A stretch of DNA of 55,646 nucleotides from Oligoflexales bacterium (GTDB taxonomy: Bacteria; Bdellovibrionota_B; Oligoflexia; Oligoflexales; RGVZ01): the NCBI GenBank assembly GCA_044375465.1, contig JBILMN010000004.1, positions 1 through 55,646 on the forward strand. Reading direction: 5' to 3'. The notes under the pieces are model-generated. The model saw only the letters and a program-made list of their open reading frames with translations, ran no database searches and was not told where the DNA came from. The position numbers and the translations under genes are program-made. Positions 8,704-17,365 of this stretch are shown piece after piece (the first letter of the stretch is position 1; each line of letters starts with the position of its first letter).

Positions 8704-10797
8704 ATGTCAATTACCCCACTCACCCGAGAAGTCACCATTGCTGGCAAGACCATCAAATTCGAATTCAACAAATATGCTAAGCAAGCGAATTCCGTCATGG
8801 TTTCATGCGGTGACACCCAAGTCCTGGTGTGCGTTGTCGCAGCTGAGGAAGCAAAAGCCGACCAAGACTTTTTTCCGCTGACTGTCGATTATTTTGAACG
8901 TATGTACGCCGCAGGGCGTATTCCAGGTGGTTTCTTTAAACGCGAAACCAAGCCAACGGAACACGAAGTCCTCACCAGTCGCGTGATCGATCGCCCTCTG
9001 CGTCCATTGTTCCCAGAGCACTTCCTGGCCGACGTGCAGATCACCTGCACCACTGTGTCTTATGATCCCGAGCATCACCCTGCTCCTCTTGCGGTCATGG
9101 GTGCTTCAGTCGCTCTCATGATCTCAGACATTCCGTTTGACGGCCCTGTAGCCGCTCTGCGGATTGGCATGAAAGACGGGCAATACATTCTTGACCCCAA
9201 AGATGGCCAAGGTGGCGACCTCGACTTGAATATCGCGGCGAAACCGGGCGCTGTTTTGATGGTTGAAGCGGGTGCCAATTTCCTGTCCGAGGAGCAGATG
9301 CTCGACGCCATCACCCATGCCCACAAACTTATGGAACCAGTTTTTGCCATGCAGTTAGCCGTCCAGAAGGAGATCGGCAAGGCCAAGCGCGCCGTAAATC
9401 CCCCGGCATGGGATAGTGACCTCGTCAAAAAAGTTCATGATATCGCCACTCCGCTCGTGAATAAGGCATTTACCATTGCAAGTAAGGTTGACCGGAAGAC
9501 TGCCTTGAACACCCTGACAAAAGACGTCCTCACAGCTGTCAACCCAAGTGGTGATGCCTCGACTACAAAAGTTGTCAAAAAAGTTCTCGAAGATGTTCAG
9601 TTCAAATGCATGCGCGGCATGATTCTTGACACGCGCAAACGTATCGACGGACGCGGCCTCACCGATATTCGTAACATCACCTGTGAAACCGGCGTGCTCA
9701 AACGTCCTCACGGGTCCGCATTGTTCACACGTGGTGAGACCCAGTCACTTGCGGCAGTGACCCTCGGTGCAGCCGATGATGAGCAGCGGATCGATAATCT
9801 AGTCGCTCCAGGCTCCTTCAAAAACTTCATGCTGCACTATAACTTCCCGGGATACTCCGTTGGTGAGGTTAAACCAAACCGCGCTCCTGGTCGTCGCGAA
9901 GTGGGTCACGGAGCGCTTGCAGAGCGTGCCCTTGCTCAAGTGATCCCAGACAAGAGTAAATTTGGTTACACCATTCGCTTGGTCTCTGAGATCCTCGAAT
10001 CCAACGGTTCATCCTCAATGGCATCTGTTTGCGCAGGCACTATGGCGCTACTCAAGGCTGGGGTGCCGATCCAAGAACCGGTCGCAGGTATCGCTATGGG
10101 TCTCATCAAAGAAGGCGACAAGTTTGCGATTCTCTCCGATATTCTCGGAGACGAAGACCACCTTGGCGATATGGATTTCAAAGTGTGCGGCGGTCAAAAC
10201 GGCATTACCGCTCTGCAGATGGACATCAAAATTGGTGGACTGACACGCGACATCCTAAGCCAGGCATTAACGCAGGCTCAGGCTGGGCGTCGGCACATCC
10301 TCGGCAAAATGAATACCGCTATCAGCGCTCCAGGTGAAATCTCTGAGTTCGCTCCACGAATCTTCCAGGTCAAGATCAAGCCAGACCGCGTGCGTGACCT
10401 CATTGGCCCCGGTGGTAAGAATATCAAGAAGATCGTCGCCGACACTGGCGTTAAAATCGACGTCACTGATGATGGCATGATCAGCATTGTTGCTATGGAC
10501 GTGACCAGCGCCGAAGCCGCTAAGAAAATGATCCGGTCAGTCACAAGCGATCCAGAAATTGGAGCAATCTACCTCGGCGTGGTCAAAAAGATCATGGATT
10601 TTGGCGCATTTGTTGAGATCAAGCCAGGCACCGAAGGCCTGTGTCACATCTCCCAACTTGATGAAAAGCGTGTTGAGCGCACAGAGGACGTCTGCAAAGA
10701 AGGCGAAGAGATGCTGGTAAAAGTCCTTGAAATCGACCGCCAGGGCAAAATCAAACTTTCACGCAAAGAAGCACTGGGTAAGAAACCAACCGCCTAA
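8704..10797 (+). CDS. pnp: Polyribonucleotide nucleotidyltransferase (PNPase)
   Basis: FFPLTVDY, RREVGHG, ESNGSSSMAS, EDHLGDMDFK, KH and S1 domains. Confidence 0.98.
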   Translation: MSITPLTREVTIAGKTIKFEFNKYAKQANSVMVSCGDTQVLVCVVAAEEAKADQDFFPLTVDYFERMYAAGRIPGGFFKRETKPTEHEVLTSRVIDRPLRPLFPEHFLADVQITCTTVSYDPEHHPAPLAVMGASVALMISDIPFDGPVAALRIGMKDGQYILDPKDGQGGDLDLNIAAKPGAVLMVEAGANFLSEEQMLDAITHAHKLMEPVFAMQLAVQKEIGKAKRAVNPPAWDSDLVKKVHDIATPLVNKAFTIASKVDRKTALNTLTKDVLTAVNPSGDASTTKVVKKVLEDVQFKCMRGMILDTRKRIDGRGLTDIRNITCETGVLKRPHGSALFTRGETQSLAAVTLGAADDEQRIDNLVAPGSFKNFMLHYNFPGYSVGEVKPNRAPGRREVGHGALAERALAQVIPDKSKFGYTIRLVSEILESNGSSSMASVCAGTMALLKAGVPIQEPVAGIAMGLIKEGDKFAILSDILGDEDHLGDMDFKVCGGQNGITALQMDIKIGGLTRDILSQALTQAQAGRRHILGKMNTAISAPGEISEFAPRIFQVKIKPDRVRDLIGPGGKNIKKIVADTGVKIDVTDDGMISIVAMDVTSAEAAKKMIRSVTSDPEIGAIYLGVVKKIMDFGAFVEIKPGTEGLCHISQLDEKRVERTEDVCKEGEEMLVKVLEIDRQGKIKLSRKEALGKKPTA

Positions 10798-10799
10798 GC

Positions 10800-11249
10800 G
10801 TGCAGGTCGTTCAAAAGATGATCACTCTCAAATGTCAAACTCCGGAAATGATGCCGTCCTATGCCACTGCCGCCTCTGCGGCGGCGGACCTTAGGGCGGC
10901 ATCGGAGCTTATCATTCAGGCCGGTCACAGAGCCAAAGTCCCTACTGGAGTTTGGATCGATCGCGTCGATTGGAGTCAAGTGCCTGAAGGTATGATTCCG
11001 GAACTGCAAATTCGTGCTCGATCGGGACTGGCATTCAAGTATGGCATCATGCTGACCAACGGCATCGGAACGGTCGATGCAGATTATCCCGATGAAATTT
11101 GCGTTCTGTTGTTTAATAGTGGTACCGAACCATTTATCATCCAAAGAGGGGACCGCGTGGCTCAGATCACCCTCAATCTCGTTCAGAGAATGACGGACCT
11201 AAACTCTGGAGGCCAGCGTTCCGGAGGCTTTGGTTCGACGGGAGCCTAG
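10800..11249 (+). CDS. dut: dUTP diphosphatase
   Basis: RSGLA, GTVDADY, QRSGGFGSTG motifs. Confidence 0.95.
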   Translation: MQVVQKMITLKCQTPEMMPSYATAASAAADLRAASELIIQAGHRAKVPTGVWIDRVDWSQVPEGMIPELQIRARSGLAFKYGIMLTNGIGTVDADYPDEICVLLFNSGTEPFIIQRGDRVAQITLNLVQRMTDLNSGGQRSGGFGSTGA

Positions 11250-11285
11250 CGCAACGAGCAATACTTCCGGGAAGGAGAGGTCTTT

Positions 11286-11762
11286 ATGCCATGCAAAAAA
11301 TTCATTTCCACAATGTTGTTACCCGTTGCGCTCCTGTTTGAGGCATCACATTCGTCTGCGGCCGGAATTGCGATGCATGGAGAATTTTCAGAAGCTCAAA
11401 ATGATGGCTCACCCTGTGATCTCGTTTTTGCCGATTTGAGCTATTCCATTGAATTCCACCTGCTGAATAACCCACGCGCTGCGGTGATTTATTTTCCCCA
11501 GGCAGCCGACGGTCACAAAGGATTCTTCACCAAAAAGACCATGGTAGGCTCTCGTGGTTACGATGATCTACTTTTTCAAGATAAATTTATTTCAGAAGAA
11601 GCCCCTGGTGTCTCGTTTCAAATCACAGCAAGAGGCCTTTACTCAAGTGATCTGATACTTCTTGACTTCAGCGTCACGGCGTCTCCGCAAACCCCATCAT
11701 ATAATTTATCTGCAACACCGATCTGCAAGGCCTCGGCGCGATTGTTTGCCAGGACTGGGTGA
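11286..11762 (+). CDS. Hypothetical secreted protein
   Basis: GGAGAGG RBS, signal-peptide-like N-terminus, followed by a terminator. Confidence 0.7.
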   Translation: MPCKKFISTMLLPVALLFEASHSSAAGIAMHGEFSEAQNDGSPCDLVFADLSYSIEFHLLNNPRAAVIYFPQAADGHKGFFTKKTMVGSRGYDDLLFQDKFISEEAPGVSFQITARGLYSSDLILLDFSVTASPQTPSYNLSATPICKASARLFARTG

Positions 11763-11783
11763 CGTTAACAGGTTACGAAAGAT

Positions 11784-11816
11784 AAAAAAAGCACCCGAGA
11801 CCGGGTGCTTTTCTTT
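11784..11816. terminator. Bidirectional intrinsic terminator
   Basis: AAAAGCACCCG / CGGGTGCTTTT inverted repeat between convergent genes. Confidence 0.85.
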
Positions 11817-11847
11817 GCTTTTCTTTGCACAGAAGACAACTTCGGGA

Positions 11848-12021
11848 TCACTCCTTCGTAGCCTTCTTCTTGGTGACCGTTGAACCCGCGGGCCTTGCGA
11901 CCTTGGGAGCGGCTACCTTCTTGCCTGCGCCAGCGATTTTCGCGGCGAGGCGGGCTTTTGCTTTACGCCAGGCTTTACGCTGACGAACTTTTGGTGTCTT
12001 ACGACTATCACCACGACCCAT
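11848..12021 (-). CDS. 57-aa highly basic small protein, candidate ribosomal protein (bTHX-like N-terminus)
   Basis: Absent from ORF track. MGRGDSRKTPKVRQRKAWRKAKARLAAKIAGAGKKVAAPKVARPAGSTVTKKKATKE; GAGGAGG RBS 6 nt upstream; 17 bp after rpmB; followed by a terminator. Confidence 0.85.
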   Translation of the reverse strand: MGRGDSRKTPKVRQRKAWRKAKARLAAKIAGAGKKVAAPKVARPAGSTVTKKKATKE

Positions 12022-12038
12022 TGTATTCCTCCTCAGGA

Positions 12039-12269
12039 TTAGCCTAATTTCACGCCTTCACGACGGCAGTATGCGTCAAGACCGAGCTTGTCGATCGTAC
12101 GAATCGCAGCGGCGCTGACCTTGAGTGAAACAAACTTCTTAAGCTCATCAGACCAGAAACGTTTGGTCTGAAGGTTCGGAAGGAATCTGTGGTTCGTCTT
12201 GATGTTCGAGTGGGACACACGATGTCCAACCAAAACGCCTTTGCCTGTGATTTCACAACGCTTAGACAT
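12039..12269 (-). CDS. rpmB: 50S ribosomal protein L28
   Basis: MSKRCEITGK...GHRVSHSNIKTNHRFLPNLQ...LKVSAAAIRTIDKLG. Confidence 0.97.
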   Translation of the reverse strand: MSKRCEITGKGVLVGHRVSHSNIKTNHRFLPNLQTKRFWSDELKKFVSLKVSAAAIRTIDKLGLDAYCRREGVKLG

Positions 12270-12272
12270 ATC

Positions 12273-12692
12273 TTACTCCTCCTCGCTCGCGCCTTTGCTT
12301 TCGGCACGGCCCTCTCCGCGGTCAGCAAAGCGACCTTCGCCGCGGTCACCACGACCTTCGCCGCGGTCAAATCGCCCGCGTCCGCCAAAGTCTCGTCCAG
12401 CCAACATCACTGTAGCAGCAGCCATTTCACCAGTAAATCCACGCTCAGGAGTGTGCGACACTGAGTAATGGAGTAGACCAAGGAAGCGGGCCTGTTTCAC
12501 AGCCAATGCAATCTGCCGCTGCTGCTTCGATGTGGCGCCGGAAATCCGTCGTGGAATAATCTTCCCACGTTCGGTGATAAAGCGTTTTAAAACATCGGGA
12601 TACTTGTAATCAATGACCAGGTTGGGGTCGAGCGTGCGCTTCTTGCGGCTTGCAAAACGGCGCTTGCGGCGTGGGCGTTCCACGTTTTCCAT
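12273..12692 (-). CDS. rpsR: 30S ribosomal protein S18 (Cys-free) with RG-rich C-terminal tail
   Basis: [26 protein letters not shown]...[17 protein letters not shown]; GGAGG RBS before ATG 12692. Confidence 0.95.
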   Translation of the reverse strand: MENVERPRRKRRFASRKKRTLDPNLVIDYKYPDVLKRFITERGKIIPRRISGATSKQQRQIALAVKQARFLGLLHYSVSHTPERGFTGEMAAATVMLAGRDFGGRGRFDRGEGRGDRGEGRFADRGEGRAESKGASEEE

Positions 12693-12762
12693 TGTAAACC
12701 TCCGGAAAAAAACCTTTGTTAGTAAAGGACCGCCACCACGGCAGCCCAAAAATCGAACCGGC

Positions 12763-12791
12763 ACCTTACATAAACTTCACGGGCTTGTAAA
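12763..12791 (-). promoter_or_regulatory. Putative sigma70 promoter of the rpsR operon
   Basis: TTTACA-17 bp-TAAGGT on the minus strand. Confidence 0.6.
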
Positions 12792-12902
12792 GTCATATAA
12801 AGCGATAAAAGCCTTGAAAATCCGCATTTTCACGGTCAATCTGAAGGTGTCAGCACCTTAAAATCACTGCCTTGTCATTACAGGGTGTTACATTAGGAAA
12901 CC

Positions 12903-15236
12903 ATGACTGTCGAGTTGCACATCGCCGTTCCCTCACCGCTACACCAGACGTTTTCCTACGTCCACGAGACGCCCCTCCCCCCTGGAGTCCGCGTCCTGGT
13001 CCCTTTTGGACAACAGGCAAGAGCCGTGGGCGTTGTCCTGGCCGAGAAGATGGTTGCGCCAGGAGCACCGGATCCAGATAAAATCTTCGAACTCAAGGCC
13101 ATTAGAGAGGTTTTAGACAAGGATCCGATTTATTCTCCGGTGCTCCTTCGTCTCGCCCAGTGGCTCGCGCAATACTATATGTATCCCATCGGCGAAGTTC
13201 TGAGGACGATGCTTCCAGCAAGTAAAACAAAGACCGTTAAAGCGACCTATGAACTCACCTCTGACGCAAAACTTGACCCATCAAGCGACGAACTACAACC
13301 CGCACAGCTCTTTGGACGCAAGCAGACCATAAGTAAAACATCACTCTTGCTTAAACTGCGCGAACGAACCAACGACTCGCAAGAGGCGGCGGCCATCATC
13401 AGAAAATGGCAGCGAAAAAAGTGGATCGCGCTCGCCACTGACAAGAGTATTAAAGCAAGAATTGCACAAAATTCCGAGACCACGTCATCCGATACGACCA
13501 ACATCGGAGAGATCAAACACAATTTATTCCAAGACTTAAACGCCAGACAGGCCGACGCTGTTAAGGCCATCTTGGATGAGGGATTAAACCAGCGCGATGC
13601 AACCATGCGGAAACCGTTTTTACTTTTCGGCGTCACCGGATCAGGCAAGACCGAAGTTTTTCTACATGCTATCCGCGCTGCGATATCAGACGCACAAACA
13701 AACGCTGAAGTGAAGCCTCAAACTCTTGTTCTTGTGCCCGAAATCTCTTTGACACCGCAGATGACAAGGATTTTTGAGGAGCGATTCCCCGGTCTTGTGG
13801 CCGTGGTCCATTCCGCCATGGAAGACCATGAGCGCTGGCGTGAGCTGGACCGCGTCCGGCGTGGCGAAGCACTTGTTTTGATTGGCCCGCGTTCGGCAAT
13901 TTTTGGCCCATTCGCCAATCTCAAACTCATCATCGTCGATGAGGAGCATGACGGCAGTTACAAACAGGGAGACCGACTTTTATATCATGCGAGAGATGTT
14001 GCCGTTGTCCGGGCTGGCATGGAAAATGCGACCATCGTCTTGGGATCTGCAACTCCCAGCATGGAGACATGGCAAAATGCCCGCATGGGTAAGTACCGAC
14101 TTCTGGAAATGCCAGAACGCGCCAGCACCAAACCTCTGCCTGACGTTGAGATTTTGCCGGGAAAGCACGCTTTCAAAGCTTTATCCTATCTCAAAGGAGA
14201 TCAAAGCGAAGCTCTGGGCGAGCACGAGTCACCTTTTACTGACGAGGTTATCGCCGCACTGCAACAAAATCTTCAGCGCGGCCAACAAAGCATTGTCCTT
14301 GTTAACCGCCGAGGCTACGCCTATTACCTCATCTCCCTCGAGGACAAAAAAACTGCTGGCTGCCCACAATGCAGTATCAGCCTGAGTGTTCATGGCAGGA
14401 AAAAAATCCTACGATGTCACTACTGCGACTACACGACAACGATCCAAAAAGTGATCGCGGAGAACCCTGAAAAAACCTGGGCCGTAGTCGGTTACGGAAG
14501 CCAGAAGGCAGAAGAAACGCTGCACAAACTCATTCCCCAAGCGCGTATCGCCCGTCTCGATTCCGACACTGTGCAAGATCCACGCGCTCTACCCGAAATT
14601 CTTGGCAAATTTCGCGAAGGCGCCATCGATATTCTTGTAGGAACGCAAATTCTCGCAAAAGGTCATGATTTCCCAAACGTCACGCTCATCGCCATCCTTG
14701 AAGTCGATCAACTGTTAGGCCTCCCAGATTTCCGCGGCGGCGAACGAACGTTTCAGTTGCTTGTGCAAGCCGCCGGCCGATCTGGGAGGGGCACTCTACC
14801 GGGGAAAGTCATGGTCCAGAGTCTTCGCGGCCATCATCCCGTGGTGCAGACCGCCCTCAAACAAGACTTTCCATCATTTGCCCAGCTAGAACTGGCGTTT
14901 CGCCATGCCATGGGCTACCCCCCATTCGGTCGGCTGATCATATTTGAATTCAATGGTCCAGATGGACGAAAGCTGGATCATTGGTGCAACGATCTCGAAA
15001 CTAAACTCCTGAGCAAAATGGAACACCAACCCGATCTACTCAAATCGGTGCGCGTCCTGGGACCAGCCCCGGCCCCTATCGAGATCATTAGAGGTCGCAT
15101 CCGACGCACCATCATGATCCTATCTCCATCACTTCAGCACTGCCGCCAAGTGGGCGCCATGCTCGCCGCACTCACAGCAAAACCTCCGACCGACATCCGC
15201 GTCAAAATAGATGTCGATCCCCAGTCCACGTTGTAA
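12903..15236 (+). CDS. priA: Primosomal protein N' (replication restart helicase)
   Basis: GVRVLVPFG, GVTGSGKTEV, VPEISLTPQ, DEEHD, SATPS, GTQILAKGHDFPNV, IDVDP. Confidence 0.97.
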   Translation: MTVELHIAVPSPLHQTFSYVHETPLPPGVRVLVPFGQQARAVGVVLAEKMVAPGAPDPDKIFELKAIREVLDKDPIYSPVLLRLAQWLAQYYMYPIGEVLRTMLPASKTKTVKATYELTSDAKLDPSSDELQPAQLFGRKQTISKTSLLLKLRERTNDSQEAAAIIRKWQRKKWIALATDKSIKARIAQNSETTSSDTTNIGEIKHNLFQDLNARQADAVKAILDEGLNQRDATMRKPFLLFGVTGSGKTEVFLHAIRAAISDAQTNAEVKPQTLVLVPEISLTPQMTRIFEERFPGLVAVVHSAMEDHERWRELDRVRRGEALVLIGPRSAIFGPFANLKLIIVDEEHDGSYKQGDRLLYHARDVAVVRAGMENATIVLGSATPSMETWQNARMGKYRLLEMPERASTKPLPDVEILPGKHAFKALSYLKGDQSEALGEHESPFTDEVIAALQQNLQRGQQSIVLVNRRGYAYYLISLEDKKTAGCPQCSISLSVHGRKKILRCHYCDYTTTIQKVIAENPEKTWAVVGYGSQKAEETLHKLIPQARIARLDSDTVQDPRALPEILGKFREGAIDILVGTQILAKGHDFPNVTLIAILEVDQLLGLPDFRGGERTFQLLVQAAGRSGRGTLPGKVMVQSLRGHHPVVQTALKQDFPSFAQLELAFRHAMGYPPFGRLIIFEFNGPDGRKLDHWCNDLETKLLSKMEHQPDLLKSVRVLGPAPAPIEIIRGRIRRTIMILSPSLQHCRQVGAMLAALTAKPPTDIRVKIDVDPQSTL

Positions 15237-15258
15237 AAGCCGCAGATTTTGCATTATT

Positions 15259-15301
15259 AATAAGCAGACCATAAGCAAATCATAAGCAAATCATAAGCAA
15301 T
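15259..15301. repeat. Short tandem repeat, 11-bp unit CATAAGCAAAT
   Basis: AATAAGCAGAC CATAAGCAAAT CATAAGCAAAT CATAAGCAAT between priA and tRNA-Ser. Confidence 0.85.
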
Positions 15302-15384
15302 CACGTCAAATGCGTCCTCACGTCGCCTAAATACCTTGACCCGAAAGCCTCATATCGGCTATCACTTTGCGTCCAACCCCATCT

Positions 15385-15472
15385 GGAGAGGTGGCCGAGT
15401 GGTTGATGGCGCACGCTTGGAAAGCGTGTTTAGGCTTATACCCTAACGAGGGTTCGAATCCCTCCCTCTCCG
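15385..15472 (+). tRNA. tRNA-Ser(GGA), CCA not encoded
   Basis: Acceptor stem GGAGAGG/CCTCTCC, anticodon arm CACGC-TTGGAAA-GCGTG, long variable arm, GGTTCGAATCC T-arm. Confidence 0.96.
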
Positions 15473-15781
15473 TTTTTTTTTGATCAAAATTTAGCCTTAG
15501 GTCTGCAGCAAATAAAAGTTGGGCCATAAGTGCGCACTCTTCCGTCTCGAAATAACAGCCCCACGCGATGTCAACATCACGTCGGAGCGATAAGGCGTCC
15601 TCAAACAGAGCATCAAACATGGTGACAAAACGCCATCGCCTCTCGCTGACAGGCATCGAGGCCATCCACTGCCAAGGTGGGGCGAATGCAGGTTAGGAAT
15701 CAGGTTATTCACACAGCATTACCATGGCTCGCGAGTATGCTAAGGTAAGAACAGGATTTATTTCAAGAACTGGAGCATTTA

Positions 15782-17221
15782 ATGTCTCGCCACTATTCTG
15801 CTTTTGTAAATGATGTCCTTGGCACTTCAGACGCGACCAGCATCACTGAAATGATCCATCGCGGGGATATCGCATTGGACGAAGCCATTGACGCAGCGAT
15901 CAAACGGGCACAGGCGAGTCGTGCGATCCTAAACGCCGTGGTTATTGATGACTTTGAACGGGTCAAAAGCCGCGCAAAGAATCTTTTGGCTGCAAAGAGG
16001 CGGTCTGTGGCACACCAGCGACTAAACACACCAGCTTTTTTGAAGGATAATCTTCATTTGGAGGGGCTGCCCACCAGGTTTGGCTCCAACGCAACATCAC
16101 CACAACCATCCGCCGTCACCGATGATCTTGTTCATCAATTGCAAGCATGTGGTCTTCACTTTATCGGAAAATCAACGACGCCACCCTTTGGATTTGGCTG
16201 TTCGACGGAATTCGATGATGGTTCAGCGCCAACCAGAAATCCGTGGAATTTAGACCTTTCAGCGGGAGGGAGCTCTGGGGGATCGGCAGCGCTTGTGGCG
16301 GCGGGTGTTGTACCTATTGCCCATGGTAACGATGGGGGAGGATCCATTCGCATTCCCGCGGCACTGTGCGGGCTTGTCGGACTAAAACCATCGCGAGGGC
16401 GCCTCATTTACCAAAAGAAATCCAAAGCTATGCCGATTGATATCATCTCTGACGGCGTCCTGACCAGAACGGTGCGGGATACCGCCAATTTTTATCACGA
16501 TGCGGAACGTTATTTTCAACCAAAAGGCCTCAAACCGATTGGACTGGTCGAAGGACCCTCAAAAAAAAGACTGCGGATCGGTTTCGTCTACGACTCCATA
16601 CTCACTAAAGCCTGTCCACAAACTCGTCTCACCTTAGAATCCACGGCAAAGTTATTGTCTGAACTTGGCCATTATGTTGAGGAAACTACTTTTCAGTCAG
16701 AAGACCGATTTGCCCAAGACTTCACACTCTACTGGAGTTTTTTGGCATTCATGGTTGACGTTTTTGGGAAGGCAATGCTCTCCGGTAATTTTGACCGCAA
16801 AAAGCTCGATGGTTTGACCCGTGGATTATCCAAGAATTTCAGAGACCGCACATGGGCTGCTCTGAAAGCCATCCGATATTTGCGCAACGCCGCCAATCAA
16901 CCACTGTTTAAGACATGGCGTTACGATGTCATTTTGTCTCCGGTCCTTGCACGCACGGCGCCTGAACTAGGTTATCTTAATCCGGGTGTGCCTTTTGATA
17001 CGCTGCTATCACGTTTACAAGAATACGTGGGCTACACCCCCCTCGCCAACGTCATCGGAAATACCGCTATTTCGCTTCCTATGGGCCAATCAACTAGCGG
17101 CGCACCGATTGGCATGCAGCTCTCTGCGCCAACAGGCGAGGAACGCCAACTTCTAGAACTGGCTTTTGAATTAGAAACCGCAAAACCCTGGCCTTTTCTT
17201 TTCGCAAGACCTTCTTCATAG
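15782..17221 (+). CDS. Amidase signature family protein
   Basis: FLKDN, TRNPWN, GGSSGGSAA, NDGGGSIRIPA. Confidence 0.93.
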   Translation: MSRHYSAFVNDVLGTSDATSITEMIHRGDIALDEAIDAAIKRAQASRAILNAVVIDDFERVKSRAKNLLAAKRRSVAHQRLNTPAFLKDNLHLEGLPTRFGSNATSPQPSAVTDDLVHQLQACGLHFIGKSTTPPFGFGCSTEFDDGSAPTRNPWNLDLSAGGSSGGSAALVAAGVVPIAHGNDGGGSIRIPAALCGLVGLKPSRGRLIYQKKSKAMPIDIISDGVLTRTVRDTANFYHDAERYFQPKGLKPIGLVEGPSKKRLRIGFVYDSILTKACPQTRLTLESTAKLLSELGHYVEETTFQSEDRFAQDFTLYWSFLAFMVDVFGKAMLSGNFDRKKLDGLTRGLSKNFRDRTWAALKAIRYLRNAANQPLFKTWRYDVILSPVLARTAPELGYLNPGVPFDTLLSRLQEYVGYTPLANVIGNTAISLPMGQSTSGAPIGMQLSAPTGEERQLLELAFELETAKPWPFLFARPSS

Positions 17222-17365
17222 AAGTCGGACCATGACCGCTGGCCCGATATCGAAGGGACGCGCAGCAGATAAATTGCTGATATTCCGTAATACTTGCGGG
17301 ACTCTTGGAATTCGTTCCAAAGCCAGCGGCTTAAGGATTGACCAATTCACAGCCGAATCCCGGAT

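Noticed and set aside
12693-12902. Zur box controlling rpsR-rpmB
   Set aside because: No convincing AT-rich palindrome recognised, so Zn regulation is unsupported from sequence.
15259-15301. CRISPR-like array
   Set aside because: Units are 11 bp, contiguous, without spacers; no cas genes.
15327-15712. Two minus-strand ORFs near the tRNA
   Set aside because: One overlaps tRNA-Ser antisense; neither has a recognisable motif or clear RBS.
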